A stretch of 64,000 nucleotides of DNA, from assembly GCA_965113315.1 (NCBI GenBank), contig OZ220369.1. One strand, written 5' to 3'. Position 1 is the first letter of the stretch, and every line of letters starts with the position of its first letter. The DNA comes from Podarcis vaucheri (taxonomy: Eukaryota). Of the stretch, positions 60,258-64,000 are shown piece by piece. The notes below the pieces were generated by a model. The model had not been told where the DNA came from. It searched no databases and saw nothing but the letters and a program-made list of their open reading frames with translations. Position numbers and translations under genes: made by a program.

Positions 60258-61294
60258 GGCCGGGCCTGGTGCCGGTTGTCCTCCAGGCTTCCTGCATCCT
60301 GAAGCAGCAGCAACAGTGGGGCAGAGAGGATTCTCCCTCCCTGCTTCCCTTTCCCTGCCTCTCTGTGGCTGGGCCTCGGGGGCTGGATCCACACGCCTCC
60401 ATAACTTTGTCCCCAGAGGTTGTGCTGCGAAGTGGGAGACCGCTCCCTCCCTCTGTCCCCTGTTTCCTGCTATTGCAGCCCAGCAAAGCCTGTCTATGCA
60501 AGGTCACCCCAGCATGGGATGCAGGGGGGATGTATGTCTGAACTGGTTGCAGCCTCTCCAACCTCCCACCAACCCCTGCCCTGAGCCTCCAGTTTCTGGG
60601 CCTAGCAGCTCCAAGCTCTCCCCCCCTGCCAAGAGTCCCCCCTCCTCCCTGCTTTTGAAGTGAGGGAGGTGGAAGCAGAGGCTGGAGGGAGGGCACCGCC
60701 CCATCCACCTCTTACGAGCCTCTGAGGGAGGGTGCTGCTCCTCCCTGCCCCCCAGGGGTCCTGCCCCCCATCTTTCTCCCCCCAAGTGTTGTCTGCAGTG
60801 GTAGGCAGGGAGGGTGAGTGGACCCAGGAGCAAACTTGTCAAAACAGGCAAGGCTTCAGCAGTGGGTCTCCCTTGCAGGGTGAGCGCTGAGGGTGCTCAC
60901 GACCCTTTGGGTGGGCCTTGGCACTCTCTCCACCCACAGTGACTTTGTGGCCTGCTCAGTGCCAGCTGCTCTGCCTAGCAGGATCTCCAGAACGATACCA
61001 AAGTGACCCCCCATCTTCTCCAGCTGCAGGAAGCCACTTCCGGCCCCTATTCTCTATATCCTAAACTTTCTTCCTGGCTCCTTCTCTCTCCCCTCTTCCA
61101 GGGAATATTTTGCCCCCATCCTGTTCATGTACTGTGTAGCCAGTTCCTTGGATATTTTGCAGTGGGGGAGTCAGTGTGTGTGTGTGTGTTTTTCTCTCTC
61201 TGCCTGTCGGAGGTGGTGGTGGGGGGGACTCCTCCTAGCCTTGCCCATATCTGGCCAGTGTCCGCCCCCCCGCCCCCGCTTTCTGGCTTTATAT

Positions 61295-61300
61295 AATAAA
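61295..61300 (+). terminator. FHL3 polyadenylation signal
   Basis: AATAAA about 1 kb after the stop, followed by a GT/T-rich tract. Confidence 0.65.
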
Positions 61301-63189
61301 CCATGTTACTGGACCATGGATGTCGTTCTTAGCAACTTGTGGGAGGGAGGGGGGGGGAAATATTGCATTTGTCCCATCAGGAATTTGCACTTGATTTTCT
61401 CAATGATTTTCTCACATTGGGGGGGGGGAGGGGAGGCGGCAGGGCAATCGGTGCCTGTCTCTCCTCCCCCCACCTCACCTCCCATTTGTGGCTTTCAGAG
61501 CAGGCTGAGAAGATGCAAAACTTTGCCCTGTGGCTGCTTGGAAGGAAAATTGGATAATTCCACCCCTTCTGTGTTTGTCAGAAGGACGGTCACACACACA
61601 TTTTGAGATCCAAATCTGTCTGCATACAGCCTTCTTTGCAGCAGGGTGGGGGCTCCTTGGACTCTTGTAAACAGAAGACAAAATATTCTTGAAATTGCAA
61701 CCCTGTCCCGCTCCCTGGACTTGCTGGGACATGGACCCAGGGCAGCTGATCTCTGGGCTGATGCAGTGGAACCGCTCCCACTCTTGCAAACTTGGGCAAT
61801 GAACTGTTGTGCATCTCTGGAACAGCCTTTTTTCTTCTGAAAGCAGCTTCCCCCATCCAGCCCTGAGCGCAGGGAGGGGGGGTGCTCAGCCCTCCCCCAC
61901 AGATCCAGCTACCAGGCTTTTGTTACCTCTGGGCCCCTGGGATCCCCCTCGGCCTGGCGTTCCTCTCCAAAAAAGGAAATGGCCCAGCTGCCTGTGGCCG
62001 GCAACATCTGGATCCCATCCCAACATGAATGGGTCACGACTTGCTTTGCCTGCCTGATTTATTTGTGGGGAGGGAGTGGGAGGGTGGTGAGGTAATGGGG
62101 CAAGGCTGGAAGGCGACGGTGGGGGTGGAAATGGCCTTGGATGCAGGAGGCTCCTCTGGCTGGGGAACCACAGGGAGGGAAACTGCTGGGCTGGGTGACA
62201 TGGGGGGGGCGCGTTGTGGCTCAGGCAGGGAAGGAGGGTTTGCAAGGAGGTCTGTGAGGCCTGAGACCTTTGCTTTGCTCTTAGATGTGCCTCTCCCCCA
62301 CCCCACCCATTCATTTTTAGGAGTTGCAGCACACTCCTCAATGCTGACTTCGACATTTCCTTCCCTGGAACCCCAGTGTGGGCCACTGAAGGGTTTAAGT
62401 TGCAAAGCAAAAATGCATGCTCAGCAGTTCTTAAAGCCTTGGAAAAAGTGCCTTGCTGGATCAGGCAAAGGCCTGTGCTGCCAAGCAGAAGCTGCCCCCT
62501 GTGGGCCATGCTGGGCTTGCTTCACTGGGCTGGTTAGTTCTAGATGCCCACCGCCTGTTCTGTCCAGGAAAGTCTTTCCAGGAGAGATGAGCTGGTCACT
62601 TGCTGGCTTGTTTGGACCTGTTTTCACCTGTGCATGCTGGGACGGGGGGGGGGGCGGGTAGCCACTCCTCCTTGGGCCCCTTCCTTTTGCCAGCTTCACA
62701 GTCTTGGAGTGAGAAAATGCTTTTGAACAGTGAAAGGGGGAGAATCTTACACATACCCATGTGCCTTTATCAGCCATGCAATTGCCTGCTCCCTCCCTCC
62801 CTCGGCACCTGGCCCTGTTTATCTAAGTCTGCATGCCTTTCCTTTCCAAAAATGCCCCTTTAGTGCTGTCCAGGGCAGAGACTCAAATCAGTTTCCACTG
62901 GCACTCTCCCATGTCACAACAGGAAGAGCAGTTTTCCTATGCTCCTGCCTCTGGTTCAGCCACTTGCACCCTGGGCAGGACTATGGCTTGAGGTCCTCAG
63001 TCCCCACCAGCAGCAGCCTGGTCTTCCCTGGGACAGTATCTAGTTTCAGAGGGAGGTGGGCTAGGACTCTCCCCAAGGGCTGCTTGCAAAACCCACCCCA
63101 CTGCCTTCTCCACGAGGGGAAAACTGTCATACTTCCAAGGAGCTCAGCTGGGCCCTGGGACTTATAATTTCTGCAGTGTTGGGAAAAGA

Positions 63190-63380
63190 GCTTCCTGGAT
63201 CAGGCCAGAGGGGGCCCATCTGCTCCAGCATTCTCACCATGGCTAACCATGTTCCTCTATTGGAAGTCCACAAGCAGGACTCGAGTGCAAATAGCAACTG
63301 CCTCCACCCAGGGGTGCCAGCCATGGTCCTGAGTGCCTCTGCAATTGCCTCCCACTGTGAGGAGGCTATTGATGTTGGGA
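63190..63380 (-). mobile_element. CR1-type LINE 3' end
   Basis: Reverse-complement match to the same tail. Confidence 0.6.
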
Positions 63381-64000
63381 AGGGGAAACATGGACAGCTT
63401 AAGGTTTGTGCCCCACAGGTGGCTCTGCTGAGACAGGAAGCATGGCAAGATTGTAGAGAGATGTGCAAATCAAGGTGTGCTGAGTTATGGAGACACGCAT
63501 CACATTCTGCCTGTCTGCTGGGAACCCCCAGCAAGAGGAACGAGGGCTTTGCTTCTTCCCAAAAGGGGCTCGGTTAGCCTGCCCAACCTGAAGATGAGTG
63601 CTGGCCTAAGGTATGTGGCCTAGGCACTGATGAGCTCATGGGTCGACCTGACCCAAGGCTGTGAGTTGAATTCTCTAATCCCTGGCATGCCACCTGGTGG
63701 ACTCAGCCATCCCCTCCCAACCACAACACGGCCTCAGCTCAAAGCCTCCAGGGGAAGGCTCTCTAGAACAGAGCCGGCCTCCCATCACCTTGCTCAAGGA
63801 GCTACAGGCAAGCGCTTGGGATATGGGCACGCAGGTGGTCAGCAACAGCAAGTCTGCACAAAGGAAGAGCCAGGGAAGGTGGAGCCTAAGTGGCAACTGT
63901 GGGGCTGTTGCGGAGACCACAGTGGTTTGGTTCACTAGTTCCAAGAGCAAAGATCCCCAGGCCCATGTTATTATTAATTTTATTTAGAGCATTTGGAAAG

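Noticed and set aside
59718-60708. Long ORFs overlapping the last FHL3 exons and 3' UTR
   Set aside because: Alternative-frame or antisense shadows of GC-rich FHL3 coding sequence.

Overview
Vertebrate genomic DNA, most likely a squamate and probably a lacertid lizard (Sauria/Squam-type SINEs, lizard CR1 tails). It contains four multi-exon protein-coding genes, assembled by hand from GT-AG splice sites with consistent phases. (1) The 5' part of INPP5B (minus, 14 coding exons from ATG 15489 to 587, continuing off the left edge), with an internal CpG-island promoter and a candidate alternative first exon. (2) A gene I do not recognise between INPP5B and SF3A3 (minus, 8 coding exons, 20673-17067, 281 aa): signal peptide, two 12-cysteine Ly6/uPAR(three-finger)-like domains built from a duplicated 3-exon cassette, a Pro/Thr linker and a GPI-anchor-type tail. 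(3) Complete SF3A3 (minus, 17 exons, 501 aa). (4) Complete FHL3 (plus, 5 coding exons, 279 aa), head-to-head with SF3A3, with a CpG-island first exon and an intron 1 of about 18 kb. The rest is introns and intergenic DNA carrying hAT and Tc1/mariner MITEs (one nested pair), CR1/L2/L1 fragments, SINEs and microsatellites. The uncharacterised two-domain GPI protein is the best novelty candidate. Comparisons with human are from memory and need checking.
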